Made by a program: the position numbers and the translations under genes. A stretch of 64,000 nucleotides of DNA, taken from Actinomycetota bacterium (GTDB lineage Bacteria; Actinomycetota; Actinomycetes; Actinomycetales; Microbacteriaceae). The notes below the pieces were generated by a model. That model searched no databases. It was not told the DNA's origin and worked only from the letters and a program-made list of their open reading frames with translations. Positions 22,287 through 32,716 of this stretch are shown in pieces. The stretch covers positions 13,615 through 77,614 of the forward strand of contig JBEGRZ010000002.1 of assembly GCA_041180115.1 (NCBI GenBank), given 5' to 3'. Position 1 is the first letter of the stretch. Every line of letters begins with the position of its first letter.

Positions 22287-24533
22287 CTAGTTATTACTTA
22301 CGCGGTAGACATCGTAGACCGCGTCGATTCTCCGCACTGCGTTCAGCAGGTGATCGAGCACCGCTGGGTCCCCCATTTCGAACACGAATCGGCTGAGTGC
22401 CACACGGTCCGCTCTGGTGGAAACAGAAGCACTGAGGATGTTCACGTGGTGTTCGGCAAGAACACGGGTAACATCCGAAAGCAATCCCCCGCGGTCTAGA
22501 GCCTCAATTTGAATGTTTACCAAGAATAAGCTCTTCGAGTTCTTGGCCCAACTTACATCCATCATGCGTTCCGGGGTTTGCCGCAACACCTCTACGTTCT
22601 TGCAATCGCTACGGTGGACCGAAACTCCTGATCCGCGCGTAACAAAGCCAACGATGGAATCGCCTGGAACCGGGGTACAGCAACGAGCGAGTTTCACCAG
22701 GACATCGTCTGCGCCGCGAACCAGGACCCCGGAGTTGTCGCTTCGCTTGCGATCGGCACTGACGTTCTTGGTAGGAATCTGGAACTGCTCAGGCGTATCG
22801 TCGTCGTCACTGATTCCAGCGGTAAGTTTTTCGATCACCGACTGCGCCGAAATGTGGTTCTCCCCCACAGCCGCGTATAGCGATTCAACGTCGCCGTAGC
22901 GAAGGTCGTGCGCCAGACGAACAATGCCGTCCGCGGCGAGAAGTCGCTGCAGTGGTAAGTTCTGTTTGCGCATTGCCTTGGCAATTGCTTCTTTGCCGGT
23001 TTCGATTGCTTCATCCCGGCGTTCGTTGGAGAACCACTGCTTGATTTTTGCTCTGGCTCGTGAGGAAGCCACGAAGCCAAGCCAATCCTGACTTGGACTA
23101 GCATCGGCAGACTTCGAGGTGAATATTTCTACGACGTCGCCCGAGTGTAGCTGTGTTTCTAGAGGAACCAAGCGTCCATTCACCTTGGCACCCATGGTGC
23201 GGTGACCTACGTCGGTGTGGATGGTATACGCGAAGTCAACCGGGGTTGCCCCACTAGGTAGGCCTACAACTTTGCCCTTAGGTGTGAAGACGTAGACATC
23301 CTTGGCCCCGATTTCGAAGCGCAAAGAGTCAAGGAATTCGGCAGGGTCCTGAGTCTCAGACTGCCAGTCGGTTAGATGTTTGAGCCAGGCCAGATCATCA
23401 TCGCCAGCAACCTGGGTACTACCGGTTTGCTCCTTGTACTTCCAGTGAGCGGCCACACCGAACTCGGCACGATTGTGCATTTCGTGGGTTCGGATCTGAA
23501 TCTCAACGGGACGTCCGTTCGGTCCGATTACGGTGGTGTGCAGCGACTGGTAAAGGTTGAACTTCGGCATCGCGATGTAATCCTTGAAGCGACCTGGCAC
23601 CGGGTTCCAACGGGAGTGAATTGCACCCAGAGCCGCGTAGCAGTCACGTACTGTGTCTACCAGGATGCGAATGCCAACGAGGTCGTAAATGTCATCAAAC
23701 TCACGACCACGAACCACCATTTTCTGATAGATCGAGTAATACTGCTTGGGTCGGCCATCAACCTTGGCCTTTATCTTGTTCGCCTGCAAATCTTCAGCGA
23801 TCGCGGTGATTACGCCGTCGATGAATTCGGCTCGCTTCGGGGTGCGCTGCTTCACGAGGTTGACGATCTCCTCGTAAACCTTCGGATAAAGCACCGAGAA
23901 CGATAGGTCTTCTAGTTCATTCTTGATTGCGCTAATACCTAGGCGATGTGCCAGCGGTGCGTATATCTCGAGGGTCTCTTGCGCCTTCTTCTTGGCCTTC
24001 TCTGGCTCAACGAAACCCCAGGTGCGGGCGTTGTGCAGGCGATCGGCAAGTTTGATGACCAGCACTCTGATGTCTTTAGACATTGAGATGACCATCTTGC
24101 GCACAGTCTCCGCCTGAGCATGCTCACCGAACTTGACCTTATCCAGTTTGGTTACGCCGTCAACCAGCGAGGCGATCTCATCGCCGAAGTCTTTCTGCAA
24201 CTGAACCAGGGTGTAGTCGGTGTCTTCAACTGTGTCGTGTAGCAGTGAAGCGGCGATGGTAATCGGACCGATACCAAGATCCGCAAGAATCTGAGAAACA
24301 GCAATCGGATGCGTGATGTACGGTTCACCACTCTTGCGCAACTGCCCCTGATGGGCCAGCTCGGCAACCATGTAAGCGCGCTCGATGACCGAGAGGTCAG
24401 ACTTCGGATGGTTGAGTTTGACGACTCTTAGCAGCTCGGCAATCTCGGTGAAGTGCTCGTTGGAGCGACCAAAGAGTTTTACGAGGCCGCTACGAATTGC
24501 TTGAATCGAGCCCGTACCAGTGTTCTCGGACAT
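22287..24533 (-). CDS. relA: bifunctional (p)ppGpp synthetase/hydrolase
   Basis: 748 aa. The HD hydrolase motif (HDTVEDT), the synthetase motif (RFKDYIAMPKFNLYQSLHT), and TGS and ACT domains are present. Confidence 0.96.
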   Translation of the reverse strand: MSENTGTGSIQAIRSGLVKLFGRSNEHFTEIAELLRVVKLNHPKSDLSVIERAYMVAELAHQGQLRKSGEPYITHPIAVSQILADLGIGPITIAASLLHDTVEDTDYTLVQLQKDFGDEIASLVDGVTKLDKVKFGEHAQAETVRKMVISMSKDIRVLVIKLADRLHNARTWGFVEPEKAKKKAQETLEIYAPLAHRLGISAIKNELEDLSFSVLYPKVYEEIVNLVKQRTPKRAEFIDGVITAIAEDLQANKIKAKVDGRPKQYYSIYQKMVVRGREFDDIYDLVGIRILVDTVRDCYAALGAIHSRWNPVPGRFKDYIAMPKFNLYQSLHTTVIGPNGRPVEIQIRTHEMHNRAEFGVAAHWKYKEQTGSTQVAGDDDLAWLKHLTDWQSETQDPAEFLDSLRFEIGAKDVYVFTPKGKVVGLPSGATPVDFAYTIHTDVGHRTMGAKVNGRLVPLETQLHSGDVVEIFTSKSADASPSQDWLGFVASSRARAKIKQWFSNERRDEAIETGKEAIAKAMRKQNLPLQRLLAADGIVRLAHDLRYGDVESLYAAVGENHISAQSVIEKLTAGISDDDDTPEQFQIPTKNVSADRKRSDNSGVLVRGADDVLVKLARCCTPVPGDSIVGFVTRGSGVSVHRSDCKNVEVLRQTPERMMDVSWAKNSKSLFLVNIQIEALDRGGLLSDVTRVLAEHHVNILSASVSTRADRVALSRFVFEMGDPAVLDHLLNAVRRIDAVYDVYRVSNN

Positions 24534-24560
24534 TACGAGTCACACTCCAAACGTTGCCTA

Positions 24561-25538
24561 TTAGTTGCGAGAAGCCAGAACTTTTTTAGCCGACTCGGCA
24601 TACTTCGATTCACCTTGACGAAGCTGTACGTATAGCGGTGCTGCGATAAAGATGGTCGAGTAGGTACCAACCAACATACCGATGAAAATCGCAAGCGAGA
24701 TGTCGCGAAGAGTACCGGCTCCGAAAACGTATGCACCGATAAACAGAATTGCAGCTACTGGCAACACACCAACGATGGTGGTGTTGATTGATCGAACCAA
24801 AGTCTGGTTAACAGCCAGGTTAACCTTCTCGGCGAAAGTTGCGGTTTCTGAATGTTCGGAATCCACTGTGTTCTCTCGGATCTTGTCGAAGACTACGACG
24901 GTGTCGTACAGGGAGTATCCGAGAATGGTCAAGAAACCGATAACCGCAGCAGGTGTAACTTCAAACCCGAACGAACCATAGATACCAGCGGTAATCAAGA
25001 GGTCGTGCATAAGAGCTGCCATAGCGGCGATCGACATCTTGATGGTGCGGAAATACAGAGCCATCAGGATGGCCGCTAGACCTAGGAACCACAGAAGACC
25101 GTTTACTGCCTTACCGGTGATGTCGGCGCCCCAAGAAGCACCGATGAAGCTGGAAGAAACAGCCTCAGACTTCACCCCATAGGCCTCTGCCAACTGCATA
25201 CGAAGAGACTCAGATTCCGTGTCACCCAACTGAGCGGTCTGGACACGCACGGTTTCGGTGCCAACGGTGGAAACGGTAACTTCCTTGCCAGGAAGCTCTT
25301 CTTCGACCGTGGTTCGTGCGAGTTCCGTGCCCTTGGCTGCACCACCAGAAATGGTGAACTCGGAACCACCCTTGAACTCGATACCGAAGTTGAATCCGCC
25401 CTGAAGGGTGAATGGCAAGATTGCAGATAGTGAAATGACCACAGCGCTAATCAGGTACCAGAGTTTACGACGACCAACGAAGTTGATCGAACGTTCTCCG
25501 CTGTATAGGGCGTTTCCGAAATCAGAGAACTTTGACAT
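24561..25538 (-). CDS. secF: protein translocase subunit SecF
   Basis: 325 aa multi-transmembrane protein with the SecD/F signature (GFLTILGYSLYDTVVVFDKIREN). Confidence 0.95.
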   Translation of the reverse strand: MSKFSDFGNALYSGERSINFVGRRKLWYLISAVVISLSAILPFTLQGGFNFGIEFKGGSEFTISGGAAKGTELARTTVEEELPGKEVTVSTVGTETVRVQTAQLGDTESESLRMQLAEAYGVKSEAVSSSFIGASWGADITGKAVNGLLWFLGLAAILMALYFRTIKMSIAAMAALMHDLLITAGIYGSFGFEVTPAAVIGFLTILGYSLYDTVVVFDKIRENTVDSEHSETATFAEKVNLAVNQTLVRSINTTIVGVLPVAAILFIGAYVFGAGTLRDISLAIFIGMLVGTYSTIFIAAPLYVQLRQGESKYAESAKKVLASRN

Positions 25539-27265
25539 TAGTTGTCACCGTCTTTCTTTAGCGCCTGAGTAGCCTTGCGCTCAGCGATTGTCTGACGCTT
25601 TGCAGCTTCACCAGAAGACTTCTTGTTGCGGCCAATCGAAAGATCGGCTTCGCGGAAACTACCTCTCCCCTTGTAAGCAGAAGCGTTTAGAGCCTTAACT
25701 TCGAATCCAGACCAGGAGTGACCCGATGAGAAGAAACGAAGGTTGGCCAGCAGGGTAAGCAGTGGCACGGTGAACAACACCACGACCGCGAGGTCTATCA
25801 GGGTGGTTAGACCGAGAGTGAACGCGAAACCACGAACGTTACCAACGGTTAGGAAGTACAGGGTTCCAGCGGCTAGAAGGCTGATCATGTCGGAAACCAA
25901 AATGGTTCTCCACGCACGGTGCCAACCTGAGCTAACTGCGACTGATAGCGGACGACCTTCACGCAGTTCATCACGAACTCGCTCGAAGTAAACGATGAAC
26001 GAGTCAGCGGTAATACCAATTGCCACGATCAAACCGGCTACACCGGCAAGCGACAGGCGGTAGTCCATGCGCCACGAGAGAAGAGCAATTGCGAGGTAGG
26101 TAAGACCTGCTGCAACCGCAAGCGAACCGATGGTCACAACGGCAAGTGCACGGTACTGGAACAGCGAGTAGATGATTACGAGCAGTAGACCAATGGCACC
26201 GGCGATTAGACCGTTCTGCAGCTGCTGAGTTCCAAGGGTTGCCGAGATGTTCTCTTGGCTCTGAACCTTGAAGCTGATTGGAAGCGAACCGTACTTCAAC
26301 TGGTTGGCAAGACCGTTTGCGCTCTCAGCGGTAAAGCCGCCGGTGATCTGTGCGGTTCCGGTGGTGAGAACTGCCTGAACCTCTGGAGCGGTGATGATGT
26401 AACCGTCGATGGTCACAGCAAATTGCTTACGTGGTGCTTCTAGAGCAAATAGTCGCTTGGTTACTTCACCAAACTTGGTCTTGCCCTCGGCGTTGAACGT
26501 TAGGTCAACGGCATACTCACCGGTAGAAGAACCGGTGCTGGTGGTAACTGCGGAGGCCTGAGCCTTCGAGATTTGAGTACCATCCAGCTCAACTGGACCG
26601 AGGATGTACTTGGCAATCAGGTTTCGGTCACAGGTGATTAGCGGCTTCTTAGGGTCGTCGATCTGGCCAGGCTCACGGAAAGCGGTTGAACAGTCCAGCG
26701 CCTCAAACTCGGCCTGAAGCTCCTTAGTCACCCAGTTCAAGTCAGAGTTGTCGGTCGGCGCTGCCGTGCTGGTAGCGATTGGCGAAGACTCTGGAAGGGT
26801 TGGGGTTGGCTTCGGGTTCTCCTTGGTGGCAGCTGGAGTAACCAGAGAAGTTGCGCCGGCAGCGGTGTAGATTACCGGACGGAACTCAAGCTTGGCGCTT
26901 GCCTTGATTAGTTCAAGCGTGGTCTCGGAAGGAGTACCAGGGATGCTGATGACGATAGACGCCTCGGCTCCCTCGCCCTGAGTGACGATCTGGGCCTCAG
27001 AAACACCGGTCGAGTCAACACGCTGACGGATGATGTCAACTGCCTGCTGGAGCTGCTCGTTAGAAGCAACCACGCCGCCGTCAACGTTTGGCTTGAGGAT
27101 CACCTGGGTTCCACCCTGAAGGTCCAAAGCAAGCTCTGGAACGAAGGTGGCTTCAGTGACGCCAGAAAGTTTTGCTCCACCGATGATGGCGGCAAAACCA
27201 ATGAACATCACAACGAGCCAGGAAAGTCGCTTGCGCGCCTTCTTGTTTGATGAGACCTCAGCCAT
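25538..27265 (-). CDS. secD: protein translocase subunit SecD
   Basis: 575 aa. LDLQGGTQVIL and ITADSFIVYFERVRDE motifs are present. There is a 1-nt overlap with secF. Confidence 0.95.
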   Translation of the reverse strand: MAEVSSNKKARKRLSWLVVMFIGFAAIIGGAKLSGVTEATFVPELALDLQGGTQVILKPNVDGGVVASNEQLQQAVDIIRQRVDSTGVSEAQIVTQGEGAEASIVISIPGTPSETTLELIKASAKLEFRPVIYTAAGATSLVTPAATKENPKPTPTLPESSPIATSTAAPTDNSDLNWVTKELQAEFEALDCSTAFREPGQIDDPKKPLITCDRNLIAKYILGPVELDGTQISKAQASAVTTSTGSSTGEYAVDLTFNAEGKTKFGEVTKRLFALEAPRKQFAVTIDGYIITAPEVQAVLTTGTAQITGGFTAESANGLANQLKYGSLPISFKVQSQENISATLGTQQLQNGLIAGAIGLLLVIIYSLFQYRALAVVTIGSLAVAAGLTYLAIALLSWRMDYRLSLAGVAGLIVAIGITADSFIVYFERVRDELREGRPLSVAVSSGWHRAWRTILVSDMISLLAAGTLYFLTVGNVRGFAFTLGLTTLIDLAVVVLFTVPLLTLLANLRFFSSGHSWSGFEVKALNASAYKGRGSFREADLSIGRNKKSSGEAAKRQTIAERKATQALKKDGDN

Positions 27266-27285
27266 TTGACTACCTAATTACTTAT

Positions 27286-27615
27286 TTACTTTGCTGCTGG
27301 CTTCTTGGCGGCAGGCTTCTCGGCGGCAGGCTTCTTGACTGCGGCCTTCTTCTCAGGAGCGTTCTCAACAACACGAGCTACTGCACCCTTGGCAACTTCA
27401 AGGACGGTCGAGCCAGCCGACTTTACGGTGATGCGGTCGTCCTTGATGTCGGTGATCTCACAGTAGATGCCGCTGGTAAGCATGATCTTGGCGCCAACGA
27501 CAACCTTCGATGCTGTGTCGGCTGCAGCCTTCTTGCGCTTGTTGTTGCTGATGAACATGAATACAAGAAGAACGGCGATCATGCCGAACATTAGTAAGTC
27601 GTTTGCGTTTGGCAT
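27286..27615 (-). CDS. yajC: preprotein translocase subunit YajC (with KPAA-rich C-terminal tail)
   Basis: 109 aa with a single transmembrane helix followed by the YajC core (GAKIMLTSGIYCEITDIKDDRITV). It lies upstream of secD. Confidence 0.88.
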   Translation of the reverse strand: MPNANDLLMFGMIAVLLVFMFISNNKRKKAAADTASKVVVGAKIMLTSGIYCEITDIKDDRITVKSAGSTVLEVAKGAVARVVENAPEKKAAVKKPAAEKPAAKKPAAK

Positions 27616-27663
27616 TTCAAATCCTTTAGACGTAAAAAATGGCGCTAAATGCGCTTCCTTCGA

Positions 27664-28689
27664 TTATAAGTCAAGGGTGGTTTGAGTGCCGTGTGCGCCA
27701 TACGATTTACCAAGATGTGCATAAGCGGCAGGAGTGGCTTCGCGACCCCTGGCAGTTCTGGAAAGTAGTCCAATTCGAACTAGGAAAGGTTCTACTACAG
27801 CCTCAACCGTATCGGCTTCTTCACCGAGCGCAACAGCGAGGGTTGACAGACCCACGGCCCTGCCAGCGTACTGACCGGTGAGCAGTTCCAACAGGCGCTT
27901 GTCTACACGGTCTAGGCCCAAATCATCAACCTCGTAGATGTGCAGTGCCTCAAGCGCCACTTCCCCAGTTACTTGATTGTGACCATGGACGAGCGCATAG
28001 TCGCGAACTCGTCTAAGAAGGCGGTTGGCGATACGAGGAGTTCCACGCGAGCGCTTGGCAATTGCGCCAAGCATTTCGGTGTCATGTGAAAGTTCTAGAT
28101 GCGCTGCACTTCTGCGCAACACCTCTTTTAATTCCTCGGCTGAATAGAAATCCAGGTGACCGGTAAACCCGAAGCGGTCACGTAACGGAGTCGGTAACAT
28201 ACCAGAGCGAGTGGTGGCTCCAACCAGAGTGAAAGGAGCGAGTTCCAGCGGAATCGAGTTCGCTCCAACCCCCTTTCCAACCATCACGTCTACGCGGTAA
28301 TCCTCCATCGCCAGATAGAGCATCTCTTCAGCCGAGCGAGACATTCGGTGAATCTCATCGATAAAGAGGATCTCACCAGGAACTAGCGACGACAGGATTG
28401 CGGCCAAGTCTCCGGCGTGCTGAATCGTTGGGCCAGAAGTAAGGCGAATCGGGTGACCGGTTTCCGCCGAAACGATCATAGCCAGAGTCGTCTTACCCAG
28501 GCCGGGAGGGCCGACCAGCAAGATGTGATCGGAATTTGTGCCGCGAAGTTTTGCCGATTCAAGCACCAGTTGCAGTTGCTTTCGCACCTTTTCCTGGCCC
28601 ACGAACTGTGAGAGGTTCGCAGGTCTCACCGAAGCTTCAAATGCAAGTTCGCTCTCCCCCGCTAACGAATTCAATAGTTCGTCCTTCAT
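27664..28689 (-). CDS. ruvB: Holliday junction branch migration helicase RuvB
   Basis: 341 aa. [18 protein letters not shown] and ATTRSG motifs are present. Confidence 0.97.
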   Translation of the reverse strand: MKDELLNSLAGESELAFEASVRPANLSQFVGQEKVRKQLQLVLESAKLRGTNSDHILLVGPPGLGKTTLAMIVSAETGHPIRLTSGPTIQHAGDLAAILSSLVPGEILFIDEIHRMSRSAEEMLYLAMEDYRVDVMVGKGVGANSIPLELAPFTLVGATTRSGMLPTPLRDRFGFTGHLDFYSAEELKEVLRRSAAHLELSHDTEMLGAIAKRSRGTPRIANRLLRRVRDYALVHGHNQVTGEVALEALHIYEVDDLGLDRVDKRLLELLTGQYAGRAVGLSTLAVALGEEADTVEAVVEPFLVRIGLLSRTARGREATPAAYAHLGKSYGAHGTQTTLDL

Positions 28690-29261
28690 TTGCTGGACAG
28701 CAATCTGAGGCTCTCGCGTAGCAGTGCATCCTGCGCTGCATTCGGCAATGACTTACGGGCCTGGCTAACGGCGTCGGTGGCCGGCTTGGTCTGGTAACCA
28801 AGCCCTACCAGCGCGGCGATCACTTCGGCATCGGCCGAACCTACTCCTCCAGCCTTGGCGTCGGTGGTGAACTTTCCAGCCAGCGAAACCACAAGCAGCT
28901 TGGCCGTCTTGGGGCCAATGCCACTGACTTTCTTAAATGCGGTGTCATCGCCAGCGACTATGGCCTGAGCGAGCAGCTCTGGGCCTAGCTGGTGAATGAT
29001 CGAGAGAGCTGACTTGGGACCAACTCCGGTGACCGAGCGAAGTAGATCGAATGTGCGCAGCTCGTCGGTGGATTCGAAGCCGAAAATTGTGAAGGCATCT
29101 TCGCGAACCACGAAAGCGGTGTGTACCAAAATTTCACTACCAGGACGAACCGAGAGCGCTAAAGCTGGGGTCACCTGGACAAGGTAACCTACTCCGTTCA
29201 CATCAAGCACAAGCGAACTCGGTGAGACGCTGGCCACTATTCCTTTTAGAGATGCAATCAC
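28686..29261 (-). CDS. ruvA: Holliday junction DNA-binding protein RuvA
   Basis: 191 aa. MIASLKG..VNGVGY and the HhH motifs GVGPKSA and GIGPKTA are present. Confidence 0.94.
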   Translation of the reverse strand: MIASLKGIVASVSPSSLVLDVNGVGYLVQVTPALALSVRPGSEILVHTAFVVREDAFTIFGFESTDELRTFDLLRSVTGVGPKSALSIIHQLGPELLAQAIVAGDDTAFKKVSGIGPKTAKLLVVSLAGKFTTDAKAGGVGSADAEVIAALVGLGYQTKPATDAVSQARKSLPNAAQDALLRESLRLLSSK

Positions 29262-29274
29262 TAGTAAATGCTAA

Positions 29275-29841
29275 CTAAGCCTTACCTTTTCTTTTGGAGG
29301 CTGCCTCGGCACTGAGCCACTGGGTCTGAGCTGTGGTTGGCTTGGCGGTGACCGTTGCCGGGCCAGCGGACTTCCACGCATTACAGATGGCAATCGCCAA
29401 AGCATCAGCAGAGTCGGCCGGTTTAGGAATCTCAGTAAGCCCCAGAATTTTGGAAACCGCGAGCCCTATTTGCGGTTTGGCTGCCCTACCGGATCCAGTC
29501 ACCGCGGCCTTGACCTCGCTTGGGGTATGCATTTCGATGGGAATTCCATGCTTGGCAGCCAGGAACAAAACCACACCAGAGATCTGGGCAACGCCCATCA
29601 CAGAACGCAGGTTAGCCTGAGCGAATACCCGTTCTAGCGCAATAGCGGATGGCTTGTGGGCAACAATTAGCTGCTCGATTCCAGCGCCAATCAACTGCAA
29701 GCGCGAAGAGAGTTCATCCGAGGCGGGAGTTTTGAGCGTATCAACATGGACCAGCTCAACCTTGCGGCTAGGCAGAGAACGAATGACAGCAACACCACAG
29801 CGAGTGAGACCTGGGTCAACTCCAAGAATCACTCGAGACAT
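29275..29841 (-). CDS. ruvC: crossover junction endodeoxyribonuclease RuvC
   Basis: 188 aa. ILGVDPGLTRCG and the C-terminal DSADALAIA catalytic motif are present. Confidence 0.94.
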   Translation of the reverse strand: MSRVILGVDPGLTRCGVAVIRSLPSRKVELVHVDTLKTPASDELSSRLQLIGAGIEQLIVAHKPSAIALERVFAQANLRSVMGVAQISGVVLFLAAKHGIPIEMHTPSEVKAAVTGSGRAAKPQIGLAVSKILGLTEIPKPADSADALAIAICNAWKSAGPATVTAKPTTAQTQWLSAEAASKRKGKA

Positions 29842-30600
29842 TTAGTCCTGCTCTAGTTCGGCCATTACCTCGGCCGACATGTCGAAGTTCGAGAAGATGT
29901 TCTGAACGTCGTCCAAGTCTTCCAGCGCATCGATTAGGCCGATAACCTTTCGAGCGGTTTCGGCATCAACCTGAACCTGCATTGTTGGCACGAATTCGAC
30001 ATCGGCAGCTTCGTAATCGATTTCCGCACCCTGCAGTGCAGTACGAACGGCCACCATGTCTGATGGATCGGTGGTTAGCACCAAAACATCACCGCGGTCT
30101 TCCGCGTCTTCGATTCCAGCCTCGAGACCAGCCGCCAAAACACTGTCTTCGGTGACCGATGCGCTCTTGTTGACAGTGATTACGCCCTTGCGGTGGAACA
30201 TGAAGCTAACCGAACCTGGGTCCGCTACGGTTCCGCCATTACGGGTGATAGCCAGACGCACCTCGGCAGCTGCACGGTTCTTGTTGTCGGTCAAACACTC
30301 GATCAGAATCGCAACGCCGTTCGGGCCATAAGCCTCGTACATGATGGTGGTGTACTCAACGGCATCCGCACCAACACCAGAGCCGCGCTTGATTGCACGC
30401 TCAATGTTGTCGTTAGGGAGCGAAGACTTGCGTCCCTTTTGGATTGCATCGTAGAGGGTTGGGTTTCCTTCAACGTCAGGACCGCCGAGACGCGCGGCTA
30501 CTTCAATATTCTTGATTAGCTTTGCGAATAGTTTGGCTCTGCGACCGTCGATGACGGCCTTCTTGTGCTTGGTTGTAGCCCATTTGGAGTGGCCTGACAT
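29842..30600 (-). CDS. yebC: YebC/PmpR family DNA-binding transcriptional regulator
   Basis: 252 aa with N-terminus [15 protein letters not shown]. Confidence 0.95.
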   Translation of the reverse strand: MSGHSKWATTKHKKAVIDGRRAKLFAKLIKNIEVAARLGGPDVEGNPTLYDAIQKGRKSSLPNDNIERAIKRGSGVGADAVEYTTIMYEAYGPNGVAILIECLTDNKNRAAAEVRLAITRNGGTVADPGSVSFMFHRKGVITVNKSASVTEDSVLAAGLEAGIEDAEDRGDVLVLTTDPSDMVAVRTALQGAEIDYEAADVEFVPTMQVQVDAETARKVIGLIDALEDLDDVQNIFSNFDMSAEVMAELEQD

Positions 30601-30641
30601 GATGCTCCCGTGTTGGTTTGTACTTAGAGAATTCTATTGGT

Positions 30642-31226
30642 TTAGCCGCGGATAAGGGCTTCGTAGAAGTACAGGTGGATACGATCTTCCCCGGTGACCT
30701 CTGGATGGAAACTGATTCCCAAACGATTACCCTGCTGTACGCCAACGATGCGGCCGTCCTCGAGCCTGGAAACCACGGATGCCTTCTCGCCTACCGAGGT
30801 GATCAGAGGCGCACGAATGAACGCGGCGTGAACCAAACCATCCACTCCCTCAAATGCGAGGTCAACCTCAAACGAATCAAGTTGGTTACCGAACGCGTTA
30901 CGCTGAACAACCACGTCCAGCCCACCAAAGGTTTCCTGGCCAACAATGCCATCGGTAATTTCATCTGCCAGCATGATCAGCCCTGCACAGGTACCAAACA
31001 CTGGCAGTCCTCCTGAAATCGCCTGCTGAATGGGCTCAAACAATTCGAAGTTGCGGGCCAACTTACCGATGGTCGTTGACTCACCACCAGGCAACACCAA
31101 GCCCGAAACTGCATCAAGTTCGGCGAGAGTTTTTACCGGTACCGCGTCAATACCGAGACGACTAAAAGCCTGCAGGTGCTCGCGAAAGTCACCCTGCAGG
31201 CTCAGTACGCCTACTGGCTTAGTCAC
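30642..31226 (-). CDS. pdxT: pyridoxal 5'-phosphate synthase glutaminase subunit PdxT
   Basis: 194 aa. GVLSLQGDFREH, the nucleophile GTCAGLIML and the FHPE motif are present. Confidence 0.95.
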   Translation of the reverse strand: MTKPVGVLSLQGDFREHLQAFSRLGIDAVPVKTLAELDAVSGLVLPGGESTTIGKLARNFELFEPIQQAISGGLPVFGTCAGLIMLADEITDGIVGQETFGGLDVVVQRNAFGNQLDSFEVDLAFEGVDGLVHAAFIRAPLITSVGEKASVVSRLEDGRIVGVQQGNRLGISFHPEVTGEDRIHLYFYEALIRG

Positions 31227-32125
31227 TACCAGCCGCGTTCAGCCAAACGGTGTGGGGCTGGAAGGTCGGTCACGTTGATGCCAACCATGGCCTCACCTAG
31301 ACCGCGGCTAACCTCAGCCAGAACACCTGGGTCGTTGTAGAAGGTGGTCGCCTTCACGATTGCCTTGGCACGAGCAGCAGGGTTACCCGACTTGAAAATT
31401 CCGGAGCCCACGAACACGCCGTCGGCACCCATCTGCATCATCAGCGCGGCATCCGCTGGGGTTGCAACTCCACCAGCCACAAACATGACCACAGGTAGCT
31501 TGCCGGTACGAGCAACCTCGTGAACCAGCTGGTAAGGAGCCTGTAGTTCCTTGGCGGCAACATAAAGCTCGTCTTCGCTCTTAGCAGCTAGTGCACGGAT
31601 CTCGCCCGAGATGGTACGGATGTGCTTCATTGCCTCGGATACGTCACCGGTACCGGCTTCACCCTTCGAACGGATCATGGCCGCACCTTCGGTAATACGG
31701 CGAAGCGCTTCACCTAGGTTGGTTGCACCACACACGAAAGGAACGTTGAAGTTCCACTTGTCGATGTGGTTTACGTAGTCGGCTGGGCTTAGAACCTCTG
31801 ACTCATCGATGTAGTCAACACCAAGGGACTGCAGAATCTGGGCCTCAACGAAGTGACCGATGCGAGCCTTCGCCATAACTGGGATCGAAACAGCTTCGAT
31901 GATTCCGTCGATCATGTCTGGGTCAGACATACGCGATACGCCACCCTGCGCACGAATGTCTGCTGGAACTCGCTCGAGAGCCATAACCGCAACCGCACCA
32001 GCGTCTTCGGCAATCTTTGCCTGCTCTGGGGTTACTACGTCCATGATGACACCCCCCTTTAGCATCTCGGCGAGGCCGCGCTTAACTAGTGGGGTTCCTA
32101 CTTCTGGCTTAGAATTTTCGCTCAT
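31226..32125 (-). CDS. pdxS: pyridoxal 5'-phosphate synthase lyase subunit PdxS
   Basis: 299 aa. [17 protein letters not shown] and GEAGTGDV motifs are present. Confidence 0.97.
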   Translation of the reverse strand: MSENSKPEVGTPLVKRGLAEMLKGGVIMDVVTPEQAKIAEDAGAVAVMALERVPADIRAQGGVSRMSDPDMIDGIIEAVSIPVMAKARIGHFVEAQILQSLGVDYIDESEVLSPADYVNHIDKWNFNVPFVCGATNLGEALRRITEGAAMIRSKGEAGTGDVSEAMKHIRTISGEIRALAAKSEDELYVAAKELQAPYQLVHEVARTGKLPVVMFVAGGVATPADAALMMQMGADGVFVGSGIFKSGNPAARAKAIVKATTFYNDPGVLAEVSRGLGEAMVGINVTDLPAPHRLAERGW

Positions 32126-32176
32126 GTCCTCAAGTCTAAATGTCTAAAGCACGCGCCGTTGATAATTTACGTAGAG

Positions 32177-32716
32177 TTACTGAACCCAGCCGCCGGCAAT
32201 CTCGTCGCGGACTTGACTGAGCAGTTTAGGTAGCGCCTTAGTCTCGGCAATAATCGGGAAGAAGTTTGCATCATTTCGCCAACGCGGGACGATGTGCTGG
32301 TGCAGGTGGCCTGCAATGCCAGCGCCAGCTACCTCGCCCTGGTTCATACCGATGTTGTAGCCGTGCGCCTTAGATACCGACGATAAGGTGGCCATCGCCT
32401 GCTGAGTCAGAAGACCGATCTCGGCAACCTCTTCTGGTGTGGCCAGGTCATAAGTAGGAATGTGGCGGTATGGACAAACCAGCAGGTGTCCCGAGTTGTA
32501 TGGGAACAGGTTCAAAAGAACGTAGGCAGTCTTGCCGCGGTAAACAATCAGCGACTTTTCGTCAGTCAGTGAAGGCCCAATACAGAAAGGGCACTTGTCT
32601 TCGGCCGGCTGTTGACCGTGCTGGATGTAAACCAAACGGTGAGGTGTCCAGAGCCTCTGGAACGCGTCTGGAGCTGCAGCAAAGTCTGCCGCATGCTCCA
32701 AACGCTCATCTGTCAT
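32177..32716 (-). CDS. HIT-family nucleotide phosphorylase/hydrolase (Ap4A phosphorylase-like)
   Basis: 179 aa with histidine-triad HLHQHIVPR and CPFC near the N-terminus. The position directly after thrS matches the mycobacterial thrS-HIT arrangement. Confidence 0.85.
   Translation of the reverse strand: MTDERLEHAADFAAAPDAFQRLWTPHRLVYIQHGQQPAEDKCPFCIGPSLTDEKSLIVYRGKTAYVLLNLFPYNSGHLLVCPYRHIPTYDLATPEEVAEIGLLTQQAMATLSSVSKAHGYNIGMNQGEVAGAGIAGHLHQHIVPRWRNDANFFPIIAETKALPKLLSQVRDEIAGGWVQ

Noticed and set aside
27634-27654. Possible intrinsic terminator after ruvB (GCGC-ATTTA-GCGC followed by CATTTTTT on the minus strand)
   Set aside because: The stem is only 4 bp, which is too weak to call. It may be no more than the yajC promoter or 5'-UTR region.
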